64,000 nucleotides of DNA. Origin: Alistipes sp. Zagget8. GTDB lineage: Bacteria; Bacteroidota; Bacteroidia; Bacteroidales; Rikenellaceae. Under the pieces are notes generated by a model. The model was not told the origin of the DNA, ran no database searches, and was given only the letters and a program-made list of their open reading frames with translations. Shown here piece by piece: positions 48,610-56,968 of this stretch. The translations under genes and the position numbers were made by a program. Within the stretch, counting starts at the first letter, position 1. The number at the start of each line of letters is the position of its first letter. The stretch covers positions 66,810 to 130,809 of the forward strand of contig MSHJ01000009.1 of NCBI GenBank assembly GCA_001941065.1. The letters run 5' to 3'.

Positions 48610-49968
48610 ATGGAAGAGCGTATCCTGATCGTAGACGACGACATCACCTTTGCCCTGATGCTGCGCACCTGGCTTTCGAAACGCGGTTTCGGGGTCGAGA
48701 CCGCATCGTCCGTGGCGGCGGCCCGCAAGGCCCTCGGCAGCGGCGTATTCTCGCTGGTGCTGAGCGATATGCGCCTGCCCGACGAGGACGGTATCGCCCT
48801 GCTGCAATGGATGGCCGGGGCGGGAATCACGGCCCCGGTGATCGTGATGACGAGTTACGCCGAAATCCAGAACGCCGTTCGGTGCATGAAACTCGGCGCC
48901 CGCGACTATGTGGCCAAGCCGGTGAATCCCGACGAACTGTTGAAAAAGATACGCGAGGCGCTGGACGCTCCGGCGGCGCAGGCCCCGGCGGCGAAACCGG
49001 CCCCGCGCTCGGTGAAAGGGAGTTCGGCGATCGGGACGCTCAACTACATTGAGGGGCGCAGCGACGCTGCGCGGCAGTTGTACGAACACATCCGGCTGGT
49101 GGCCCCGACGAATATGTCGGTGCTGGTGAACGGCGAGAGCGGCACGGGCAAGGAACATGTGGCGCAGCTGGTCCACCGGGAGAGCAAACGGGCCGGAAAA
49201 CCCTTTGTGGCGGTCGACTGCGGGGCCATTCCCCGCGAGCTGGCGGCTTCGGAGTTCTTCGGGCACGTCAAAGGGTCGTTCACGGGAGCCCTTTCCGACA
49301 AGACCGGGGCCTTCGAGGCGGCCGACGGCGGCACGCTCTTCCTCGACGAGGTCGGCAACCTTACCTACGAGACGCAGGTGCAGTTGCTGCGTGCCCTGCA
49401 GGAGCGGCGCATCCGCCCCGTGGGCAGCACCCGCGAGATTCCCGTAGACATCCGCCTCGTCGCCGCGACCAACGAGGACCTCGAGGCGGCCATTGTGCGC
49501 GGGACGTTCCGCGCCGACCTCTACCACCGTATCAACTCCTTCACGCTGCGGATGCCCTGCCTGCGGCAGATGCGCGAGGATATTCCGCTCTACACCGATT
49601 TCTTCCTCGACCAGGCCAACCGCGAACTGGACAAACGGATCGTGGGATTCGATTCGGCGTCCGCGGCGGCACTCGCCGCCTACGACTGGCCGGGCAACCT
49701 GCGGCAGCTGCGGAATGCGGTGCTCTCGGCGACGCTGCTCGCCGCGGGCGAATACATCACCTGCCGGGACCTGCCCGGCGAGATCACCGACGGCCCGGCG
49801 GCGGAACCAGCTGCGGCGCCCCTTCCGCTGCGCGACCGCGCCTCCGAGGAGGAGCAGATACGCCGCGCCCTCGCCGCCGCGGGCGGCAACAAATCGCAGG
49901 CGGCCAAACTGCTCGGCATCGACCGCAAGACGCTCTACAACAAACTGCATCTCTACGGCATCGAATAG
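48610..49968 (+). CDS. sigma54-dependent NtrC-family response regulator (RteB-like)
   Basis: REC domain, GESGTGKE, GSFTGA, LFLDEVG, FRADLYHR, WPGNLRQL and a Fis-type HTH. Confidence 0.93.
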   Translation: MEERILIVDDDITFALMLRTWLSKRGFGVETASSVAAARKALGSGVFSLVLSDMRLPDEDGIALLQWMAGAGITAPVIVMTSYAEIQNAVRCMKLGARDYVAKPVNPDELLKKIREALDAPAAQAPAAKPAPRSVKGSSAIGTLNYIEGRSDAARQLYEHIRLVAPTNMSVLVNGESGTGKEHVAQLVHRESKRAGKPFVAVDCGAIPRELAASEFFGHVKGSFTGALSDKTGAFEAADGGTLFLDEVGNLTYETQVQLLRALQERRIRPVGSTREIPVDIRLVAATNEDLEAAIVRGTFRADLYHRINSFTLRMPCLRQMREDIPLYTDFFLDQANRELDKRIVGFDSASAAALAAYDWPGNLRQLRNAVLSATLLAAGEYITCRDLPGEITDGPAAEPAAAPLPLRDRASEEEQIRRALAAAGGNKSQAAKLLGIDRKTLYNKLHLYGIE

Positions 49969-49973
49969 CGCCG

Positions 49974-50036
49974 TTCCACACACCGGGTGTGGAATAATTC
50001 CACACACCGCACCCCGGCTCCACACTTTTTCCACAC
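49974..50036. promoter_or_regulatory. putative enhancer array of five (T/C)TCCACAC boxes
   Basis: Boxes at 49974, 49987 (inverted), 49998, 50018 and 50029. Confidence 0.65.
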
Positions 50037-50102
50037 GTCCCGGAATTTCGGCATGCTGCATTTTCTGTTGAAATACAGCCTGTTGTGATTCGTACGTCCG
50101 GG

Positions 50103-50118
50103 TGGCACATCCCTTGAA
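50103..50118 (+). promoter_or_regulatory. sigma54-type -24/-12 promoter (GA variant at -12)
   Basis: TGGCACatcccTTGAa: GG-N10-GA. Confidence 0.65.
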
Positions 50119-50194
50119 TTTCAGAAAGACAGAAACGGTAAGGAAACACGCCGTAAAACTGAGACATGAAATTTAACCACTAATTCTTAAAGCT

Positions 50195-50428
50195 ATGAAA
50201 AAGACAGTTGTAATGATGGCAGCCATGATGCTGATGGCCGGCGGTATGGCATTTGCCCAGCAGCCCGAACAGCAGCCCGAAACTCCGAAGCAGGAGAATC
50301 CCGCACCCGATCAGAAGCCCGAGGAGAAGCCGGAACCCGCAACCCCGGAATCGGAACCGACCAAACCGGAGTCCGAGCCCGAAAAGAGCGACAGCCTCAA
50401 CTTTGCGTCCGACGCGCTGATTCGGTAA
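50195..50428 (+). CDS. small secreted Pro/Glu/Gln-rich protein (77 aa)
   Basis: AT-rich leader, signal peptide MKKTVVMMAAMMLMAGGMAFA, low-complexity acidic mature part, own terminator. Confidence 0.8.
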   Translation: MKKTVVMMAAMMLMAGGMAFAQQPEQQPETPKQENPAPDQKPEEKPEPATPESEPTKPESEPEKSDSLNFASDALIR

Positions 50429-50470
50429 TCGTCCGACCGGAATCATTTAGTTAAACAATTGTTTGCCTGG

Positions 50471-50498
50471 TACCCTGCCTTCGGGCGGGGTATTTTTA
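50471..50498 (+). terminator. intrinsic terminator
   Basis: taccctgcc-ttcg-ggcggggta followed by a T-run. Confidence 0.85.
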
Positions 50499-50550
50499 TG
50501 GGCGGGCGGGGGCTTTGCATTTTGTTATACCGCATTCCATATCCGATCGT

Positions 50551-50636
50551 CGTTCCCGCCGCCTTTGGCGTCGTATACAAGCCTGACCCCTCCCCAAACC
50601 CCTCCCTCAGGGAGGGGCTTAGTGCCGCGAAGCGGC
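50551..50636. repeat. REP-like palindrome cluster sharing a 40-bp module with the 44.6 kb element
   Basis: 50551-50590 matches 44631-44670 at 34/40 positions; followed by cccctccc-tca-gggagggg and gccgc-gaa-gcggc hairpins. Confidence 0.7.
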
Positions 50637-50665
50637 AAAATTAGCGCTCCCGGACGTTGTATATA

Positions 50666-50698
50666 AAAGGCGCCTTCCAACTGTCGGAAGGCGCCTTT
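50666..50698 (-). terminator. intrinsic terminator for the GT80-like gene
   Basis: aaaggcgccttcc-aactgtc-ggaaggcgccttt. Confidence 0.75.
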
Positions 50699-50718
50699 CG
50701 TTTGTCCGGGATCGTGCG

Positions 50719-52221
50719 TCACGGCTGCATCCACTCCACGTTCGGAGCATCTTGGAAGAGCAGGTTCAGCGGACGGGGAAGGCTTGCGGCATCGGCGGCA
50801 AAGAGGAATCCCACCTTGTCGAGCGGCACGGAAATGAAGGTCGTCGAGGGATAGCCGCCGATCAGGTCGATCTCGTCGAGCAGCGACCAGACGAAGATTT
50901 CGAACGGCATCTGTCCCGGCAGAAGCGTCAGCCCCGGGAACCGCTCCTCGTAGTCGGACGACGAGTTGTCCGCCGGGTGGGGCTTGAAAAATACGTCGTA
51001 TTCGCTACCATACTGGTCCATGATGCGCTGAACGTAGGCGGCCTGCTGCTGCCGGCTCTCGTCGGTGGTGTGGCTCGTGCCGAGGACGATGAGGTTCCCT
51101 TTCGGCGAGGCGTCGAACAGGTCCTTGAAATGGTCGTAGCTGAAATTGGCCATGCGGTAGAACTCCTGCTTGGCGTCTTCCGGAAGGGCGGTCAGCAGCT
51201 CGTAGGGCTGGACGCTCTCCATCTTCATCTCGGCGAGCTTCTGGGTCATGAACGGACCCGAAGACTCCATCAGGGAGGCATTTTGGAGCATCAGCCGGTA
51301 GTTGGGGCGTGTCGAAAGGTAGGCGATCCATTCGTCGGAGACGAGGTCCTCCGGGGCGCGGGTCTCGGGATAACGGCCGCCGTGGTTCCAGTCGAGGGCC
51401 TCGACCTGGGCGGCATAATTGTTCCAGTTCTGCTCGGCCGTGGCGGGGTCGCCGAAGAAGGTGTGGAAATTGTTGTAGGTGCCCGTACCGTCGGAGAGCA
51501 TCGTCACCTTCACGCGGGCCGAGTCGATGCCCTGCCCGACGAACCAGTCGTAACCCGCACGGCAGGCCAGGTCGGTGACATAGAGTCCGAATACGGCCGT
51601 GGGGTCCTCGGCGTTGATTTCCAGGATGCGGCGTTTCATCTGCCGGCCCATTTCGTAAATCTCCTCGGTGGTGGCTCCGGCATTGGGATTCGCGGCGGTG
51701 AAGACCTTGGCATAGTCCGGGAACAGCTCTGGATCGAACGTCTGGGGACGCTCGTAGAAGAAATAGCTCGGTTTGTCGTGCGAGAGCAGGTGCAGTCCCG
51801 AGTAGAGGGCCGGCATCGTGCCGAAGGCGGCGTAGAAATAGTAGTCCGGGGCGTCGAATCCCGTGTCTCTGGCGCTCTGCGAGAGCTGGAAGGGGTAGGT
51901 TTTGCCGCCGCAGACGAAGGTCAGCAGGGCGCAGCGGGCTGCGCCGCCGTTGGCTTCGAGCGTGACCTCGATTTCCGAGTAGCCTTCCGGACCGCTCAGG
52001 GGCGAGAGCGTGAACCAATCATCTCCCCCCCCCTCTTCGGGAAGGGTTATCTCCCAGGGACCGGGGGCCGTAACGGTGATCTTGCCGCTGCGGGCCAGGT
52101 AGTCGAGCGAGAGGAATTCGGCGCCGTCGTTGATGCGGACCTCCGAGGTCTTGTCGTCGGAGCAGGCCCACGCGCCCGTCAGGAGGGCGAATGCCAGGAA
52201 AAGGCGGAAGAGTCGTTTCAT
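50719..52221 (-). CDS. lipoprotein with a BACON domain and a GT80/PM0188 sialyltransferase-like GT-B domain
   Basis: Start at MKRLFRLF (52221), lipobox AWAC-SDD; SDGTGTY (~DDGS..Y), FKPHP (HP motif), MPFE, IGGYPSTTF (~GxxSS). Confidence 0.65.
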   Translation of the reverse strand: MKRLFRLFLAFALLTGAWACSDDKTSEVRINDGAEFLSLDYLARSGKITVTAPGPWEITLPEEGGGDDWFTLSPLSGPEGYSEIEVTLEANGGAARCALLTFVCGGKTYPFQLSQSARDTGFDAPDYYFYAAFGTMPALYSGLHLLSHDKPSYFFYERPQTFDPELFPDYAKVFTAANPNAGATTEEIYEMGRQMKRRILEINAEDPTAVFGLYVTDLACRAGYDWFVGQGIDSARVKVTMLSDGTGTYNNFHTFFGDPATAEQNWNNYAAQVEALDWNHGGRYPETRAPEDLVSDEWIAYLSTRPNYRLMLQNASLMESSGPFMTQKLAEMKMESVQPYELLTALPEDAKQEFYRMANFSYDHFKDLFDASPKGNLIVLGTSHTTDESRQQQAAYVQRIMDQYGSEYDVFFKPHPADNSSSDYEERFPGLTLLPGQMPFEIFVWSLLDEIDLIGGYPSTTFISVPLDKVGFLFAADAASLPRPLNLLFQDAPNVEWMQP

Positions 52222-52423
52222 GTGAAGAGTCTTTTTTGGGTTTTCAGTACTTTCTGCTAAATGCATCCGTGAAAGGATTACTGCTTGAACCCGCAAATTT
52301 TAGGCCGATCGGACTATTTTTGTGGAAGAAATGACTACCGGCAGGTTGCATATTCGGATTTTTTTGTATTTATTTGCACATATATCTATATGTATGAACA
52401 TTTAAATCTAAAAACTGACCTTT

Positions 52424-53516
52424 ATGAAGCGAATCCGGACCACCTTGAAATCTCTTTCCGCACTTTTGGCCCTGTTTTTCCTGACGAACTGCGGCGGCAC
52501 CCTGGCCGGCAACGGCGTAGTCCCCGATACGACGATGCTCCGGCTCCTCTGTCCGCCGGGAAAAAGACCTGTTCACCGGCTCGGACGGGGCGATCTCAGT
52601 GCCCGTTTCGGAGGGTAAAAGTCTCTGGATATGGGGCGACGCCTTCATGGGCGAGGTCGTCGACAACCAGCGGGGCGACTCGGTGTCGACTCCGCTCATC
52701 TACGGCAACCTCTTCGTCGAACTCGACGGGAAACGCGCCCGGACCATTTGCGGGGGAACGCCCCGGCATCCCCAGCCCGTCATCCCGAGCGACAGTGTCG
52801 ACGGCAAACAGGCTGTGTACTGGCCCCATCACGGGTTTGTCCGGAACGGGATTCTCCATACGTATATGGTGCGGATCGTCTTCGATCCGGTACTGTGGTT
52901 CTATACGCACTCGATCTCCTATATCCGGATGCGCCTCCCCGATTATGAACTGATTGACCAACAGGACGATGCGGCCTATCCTGTCAACAAGGTGTGGTAT
53001 GGGTTCGGGTGGTTTGAGCTCGGCGGTTGGTACTACACCTACGGCGGTACGGAATCCCGGGAGCTGCATGCCGCGCGGGCCCGGCTGGTGGACGATAAGC
53101 TGTGCGGCTGGGAGTATTTCGACGGTGCGGGCTGGAGCGGCGATCCCCTGAAAACGCGCAGGTTGGAGGGTGTGGACATCAAGATCAGCACCCAGTTCAG
53201 CGTCTTTCCGCACGACGGGAAGTACATCCTGCTGACGCAGGACGGCGATGCCCTCTCCAACGACATCTATTCGTTCGTTGCGGACAGCCCGACGGGGCCC
53301 TGGCGGAACAAAAAACTGCTCTACACGGCGCCCGAACCCGCTGCCAACGACCGGTTGTACACTTACAACGCCATGGCGCATCCCCAATACGACCGCGACG
53401 GGATGCTGCTGATAAGCTACTGCGTCAATTCCAAGCGGCCGCGGGACATCTGGGAGGACGCCTCCATCTACCGGCCCCGGTTCCTTCGTGTTCCCTATGA
53501 CCTGATTCTGAACTGA
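52424..53516 (+). pseudogene. frameshifted DUF5005/DUF4185-like beta-propeller lipoprotein
   Basis: ORF 52424..52618 carries the signal/lipobox (FLTNC). The second frame reads DLFTGSDGAISVP...LWIWGDAF...YTYNAMAHP...ISYCVN...YRPRF. Removing one base near the A5 run at 52561-52565 joins them (~363 aa). Confidence 0.75.
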
Positions 53517-53549
53517 TCCTGCACGGCGGGTAAAGAAAAAACGGAACGC

Positions 53550-54557
53550 TCAGGCGTTCCGCTTTTTCTTCATCCGTTCGAGGTGCTCGCGCAGGTGTTC
53601 GCTGAACTCCTCGCGGCGGTGTTTGAGGTTGGCCCTCCACCCCAGCCAGCGGGTGTAACGCAGGCGCTTTTCGGGATAGATGTCCCGGATCGTGACCAGG
53701 ATGCCCGTCTCCTCCACACCTCCGAAATCGGGATTCGACACCGTGTCGAAGACCCGCATCGTGGGCGAAAGATTCATGTAAGCATTGATCAGCGGCGGGA
53801 TGTTCTCGTTGAATTCGCGGATCTTCTGAATCAGGATGCGGTAGTTTTCCATATAGGTCGCGCCGCTGAACAGCTCTTCGTAGTAGGGGTCGTCCAGGTC
53901 GAGCTCGATCGGATGGATGCCCTCCACCAGTTTGTCGCGGTCGGGGAAATAACGGCGCAGGAACCAGATCAGCGCATTGCGTGCCACCGATTTGTAGGTC
54001 GTGTACATCGTGACTTTCCCGAAGAGGTATTTGGCTTTGGGGTTCAGGACGATCAGCGCACCCAATCCGTCCCAGAGGTTGTCCAGCGCGTAGATGCTCT
54101 TGGCGTTGCCGCGGGCCTGGTAGGCGGGCTGCACGAACGAACGCCCCAGTTCGATGGTCCGGGGCAGGAATTTTTGGCGGAAACGCTCGCTGAAGCGGAA
54201 ATAATGCTCGGTCGAGAGATGGCGGGGATTGGGCGAGGTGCAGACGATGAAGCGGTAGCCGCCGACGATCTCCTGCGCCGCGGGGTCCCAGACGATCAGC
54301 TGGTAGTAGCCGTCGCCGGCGAGGTCCTCCTCGTCGATGTCCACCTCCTGACCCGTGCCGCCGCCGGCGCCGCGGAAGGCGACCTCGCGCAGGCGTCCCA
54401 CCTCGCGCATCAGCGCGTGGCATTCGGAGGCCGCAAAGATGTAGATTTCGTTGCCGGCTTTGTGCGTGTCGCGCATTTTACGCGCGGGCGTCAGCTCCGC
54501 GAGCAGCAGTTCCCGGGCGACCGGTTCTATGATGGGTACCATCTCTTTCTGTTCCAT
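53550..54557 (-). CDS. GNAT/OlsB-like N-acyltransferase (GlsB-like, glycine lipid synthesis)
   Basis: EVGRLREVAFR..GGGTG, IVGGYRF, IELGRSFV, LWDGLGAL, IPPLINAYM. Confidence 0.8.
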   Translation of the reverse strand: MEQKEMVPIIEPVARELLLAELTPARKMRDTHKAGNEIYIFAASECHALMREVGRLREVAFRGAGGGTGQEVDIDEEDLAGDGYYQLIVWDPAAQEIVGGYRFIVCTSPNPRHLSTEHYFRFSERFRQKFLPRTIELGRSFVQPAYQARGNAKSIYALDNLWDGLGALIVLNPKAKYLFGKVTMYTTYKSVARNALIWFLRRYFPDRDKLVEGIHPIELDLDDPYYEELFSGATYMENYRILIQKIREFNENIPPLINAYMNLSPTMRVFDTVSNPDFGGVEETGILVTIRDIYPEKRLRYTRWLGWRANLKHRREEFSEHLREHLERMKKKRNA

Positions 54558-55411
54558 GACGGGGCAAAAATATCAATTTTACCGTTATTTTGCCGGACTG
54601 TCGAGCTTGTTTTTAAAAAATACGCTTTTTTGCGTACTTCTTCCGCCTGTTCGTGCAGCGAACCGTAGTGCTGCAGGTCGGCCACGGGGACCGGGTCGCC
54701 GACGACGATGCGGAAATGCTTGCCCTTCTGCGAGAACATCTCGTCGGGAAGCCACAGCATTTCGATGTTGAATTTGATTCCCAGGGCTTTGCGTATCCGG
54801 TAAACGCGGTAGAAGAATTTCGACAGCTCGCCCTCGACGAAGACCGGAACGATCTGCCGCTGCGAGGCATAGGCCTTTTTCAGAAAGCTGATTTTCCACG
54901 CGGGGTCGGTCACTTCGCCGCCGATACAGCGCGAGCAGAGGCCTGCGGGGAAGGTCAGGATCGGCAGTTCGCCGAAAAACTCCTCGTCGAATTTCCGGGC
55001 GTAGGAGGTGCTCTGCGAGCCGTGTTTGTTCACCGGAATCCACAGCGGCCGCAACGGTTCGAGGTGCATCAGCAGGTCGTTGACCACCACCCGCGCGTCG
55101 CCGAAGCGGTCGATCAGCTTGTCGGCCAGCATCATGCCGTCCATGCCTCCGAACGGATGGTTCGAAGCGAAGAGGTAGCGTCCTTTGGGGTCGAGTTTCT
55201 CGAGTCCCTCGACCGAATAGGTGACCTGCCATTCGCGGAAGCAGGCGCGGATGAACTCCTGCGGCGGCAGGGTCCAGTAGTGTTCGAGGATGTAGTTTAT
55301 CTCGTTTTCATGGATGGTGCGGCGCAGCCAGCCCACCACCGGACGCGGGATCCAGCGGGCCAACTGCGGAGCCTTGGTCCTGATTACGGCGCCAATGTCG
55401 ATTTTAGGCAT
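54527..55411 (-). CDS. PlsC-family acyltransferase (GlsA-like O-acyltransferase)
   Basis: NHPFGGMDG (HX4D), FPAGLCSR; adjacent to the GNAT gene and divergent from the dcw cluster. Confidence 0.8.
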   Translation of the reverse strand: MPKIDIGAVIRTKAPQLARWIPRPVVGWLRRTIHENEINYILEHYWTLPPQEFIRACFREWQVTYSVEGLEKLDPKGRYLFASNHPFGGMDGMMLADKLIDRFGDARVVVNDLLMHLEPLRPLWIPVNKHGSQSTSYARKFDEEFFGELPILTFPAGLCSRCIGGEVTDPAWKISFLKKAYASQRQIVPVFVEGELSKFFYRVYRIRKALGIKFNIEMLWLPDEMFSQKGKHFRIVVGDPVPVADLQHYGSLHEQAEEVRKKAYFLKTSSTVRQNNGKIDIFAPSWNRKRWYPS

Positions 55412-55504
55412 GCGGATATTCGAAAATTATATCGACAAATATAGGCATTCTTTTTTAGAAAAACACTAACTTTACACCCAAATAGACCCTTGTAAACCTC
55501 GATT

Positions 55505-56419
55505 ATGTCATCCTACCATACGCCTGTTCTGCTGGAAGAGTCCGTGGAGCTGCTGGGAATCGATCCTGCGGGCACCTACGCGGACCTCACCTTCGGCGGA
55601 GGCGGCCATTCGCGCCGCATCCTCGCCGGACTGGGGCCCGAAGGGCGTCTCTACGGCTTCGACCAGGACCGCGACACGCTGGCCAACTGCCCCGACGATC
55701 CGCGGTTCCACTATGTGGAGAGCAATTTCCGCTATCTGCGGGGAGCGTTGAGGCTGCGTGGCGTGACGGAGGTGGACGGTATTCTGGCCGACCTGGGGGT
55801 GTCGTCGCACCATTTCGACGCCGTCGAACGGGGCTTCTCGTTCCGCGGCGAGGCGCCGCTCGACATGCGCATGAACCAGCGGGGACGACTGACGGCGGCG
55901 GATGTGGTGAACAACTACACCGCGGAGGAGCTGACCAGCATCCTGGGCGACTGGGGCGAGATCGAGACTCCGTGGAAAGTCGCCAACTGCCTGGTGAAGG
56001 CCCGCGCCGGGGCGCCCGTGACGACCACGGCGCAGTTGGTGGAGGCCGTAAAGCCCTGTACGCCGCGGAAAGACGAGGCGAAATTCCTGACAAAACTCTT
56101 TCAGGCGCTCCGCATCGAGGTCAACGGCGAGATGGAGGCGCTGAAGATGGCCCTCGAGCAGAGTCTCCGGGTGCTGAAACCCGGCGGACGGCTGGTGGTG
56201 ATCTCCTACCACTCGCTGGAGGACCGGCTGGTGAAGAATTTCCTGCGCAGCGGCAATTTCTCGGGCACGGTCGAAAAGGACTTTTTCGGACGTCCGCAGG
56301 TGCCGTTCGAACCGGTGACGCGCAAGGCCGTGACCCCTTCGGCCGAAGAGCTCGAACGCAATCCCCGCTCCCGCTCGGCGAAACTCCGGGCGGCGGCCAA
56401 AACAATGCATAATTCATAA
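55505..56419 (+). CDS. rsmH: 16S rRNA m4C1402 methyltransferase RsmH (MraW)
   Basis: YHTPVLL, DLTFGGGGHS, DLGVSS, PLDMRM, FQALRIEVN, SYHSLEDR, NPRSRSAKLR. Confidence 0.98.
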   Translation: MSSYHTPVLLEESVELLGIDPAGTYADLTFGGGGHSRRILAGLGPEGRLYGFDQDRDTLANCPDDPRFHYVESNFRYLRGALRLRGVTEVDGILADLGVSSHHFDAVERGFSFRGEAPLDMRMNQRGRLTAADVVNNYTAEELTSILGDWGEIETPWKVANCLVKARAGAPVTTTAQLVEAVKPCTPRKDEAKFLTKLFQALRIEVNGEMEALKMALEQSLRVLKPGGRLVVISYHSLEDRLVKNFLRSGNFSGTVEKDFFGRPQVPFEPVTRKAVTPSAEELERNPRSRSAKLRAAAKTMHNS

Positions 56420-56435
56420 TTCACAATTCATAATT
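56408..56435. repeat. short heptamer tandem repeat (AATTCAY)x3-4
   Basis: cat-aattcat-aattcac-aattcat-aatt spanning the rsmH stop. Confidence 0.6.
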
Positions 56436-56446
56436 ATTGGGAGATT

Positions 56447-56962
56447 ATGTTGCGCGATCATGAATTCGACCCGGTGACCCCCGAGGAGCAGGCCCGCCGC
56501 GAGCAGGACGAGGAGTTCGCACGCCGTGTGCGCCGCGAGGTGCTGCGCATGGAGCGCGGCGAAGCCGAGGAGGACATTCGCGCCGACGAGGAACGGCTGG
56601 CCGAAGAGCGTGCCGAAGCCGAGGAGCGCGAACGCCGGGAGCGCCGCCGCAGGGCGAGCACCTTCTGGCAGCTGTTCTCGGGCACGATCCTCGTGCGCGA
56701 GGGGGTCTCGAAATATTATCCCTACATGCTGACCATCGCCGGGATGTTCTTCCTGAGCATCGTGGTGATGTTCTGGTCGCTGCACCTCGACATGCGCTAC
56801 ACGCGCCTCGAACGCGACGTGCAGAAGCTCCGCGAACGCTCGATCCGCCTGCAGGAACAGCGCTACCAGCGCACGACCCATTCGGCCATCGTCCGCCAGC
56901 TCGAGGCGCGGGGCATCGAACTCTACGACCCGCTGGCTCCGGGCGAAATCATCGAAAACTAA
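56447..56962 (+). CDS. FtsL-like cell division protein
   Basis: Lies between rsmH and ftsI; single TM helix followed by a coiled coil. Confidence 0.7.
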   Translation: MLRDHEFDPVTPEEQARREQDEEFARRVRREVLRMERGEAEEDIRADEERLAEERAEAEERERRERRRRASTFWQLFSGTILVREGVSKYYPYMLTIAGMFFLSIVVMFWSLHLDMRYTRLERDVQKLRERSIRLQEQRYQRTTHSAIVRQLEARGIELYDPLAPGEIIEN

Positions 56963-56968
56963 ACGGCG

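Noticed and set aside
45069-48830. 1253 aa minus-strand ORF and other long antisense ORFs (e.g. 14574..17348, 7281..9440, 57023..59167)
   Set aside because: Shadow frames of GC-rich genes with clear motifs in another frame or on the other strand; no recognisable domains.
46155-49968. CTnDOT-type conjugative transposon (rteA/rteB)
   Set aside because: No tetQ, rteC, integrase or tra genes nearby, and codon usage is host-like.
52285-52953. 222 aa ORF across the AT-rich spacer
   Set aside because: Third-frame overlap of the frameshifted propeller gene with no protein-like features.
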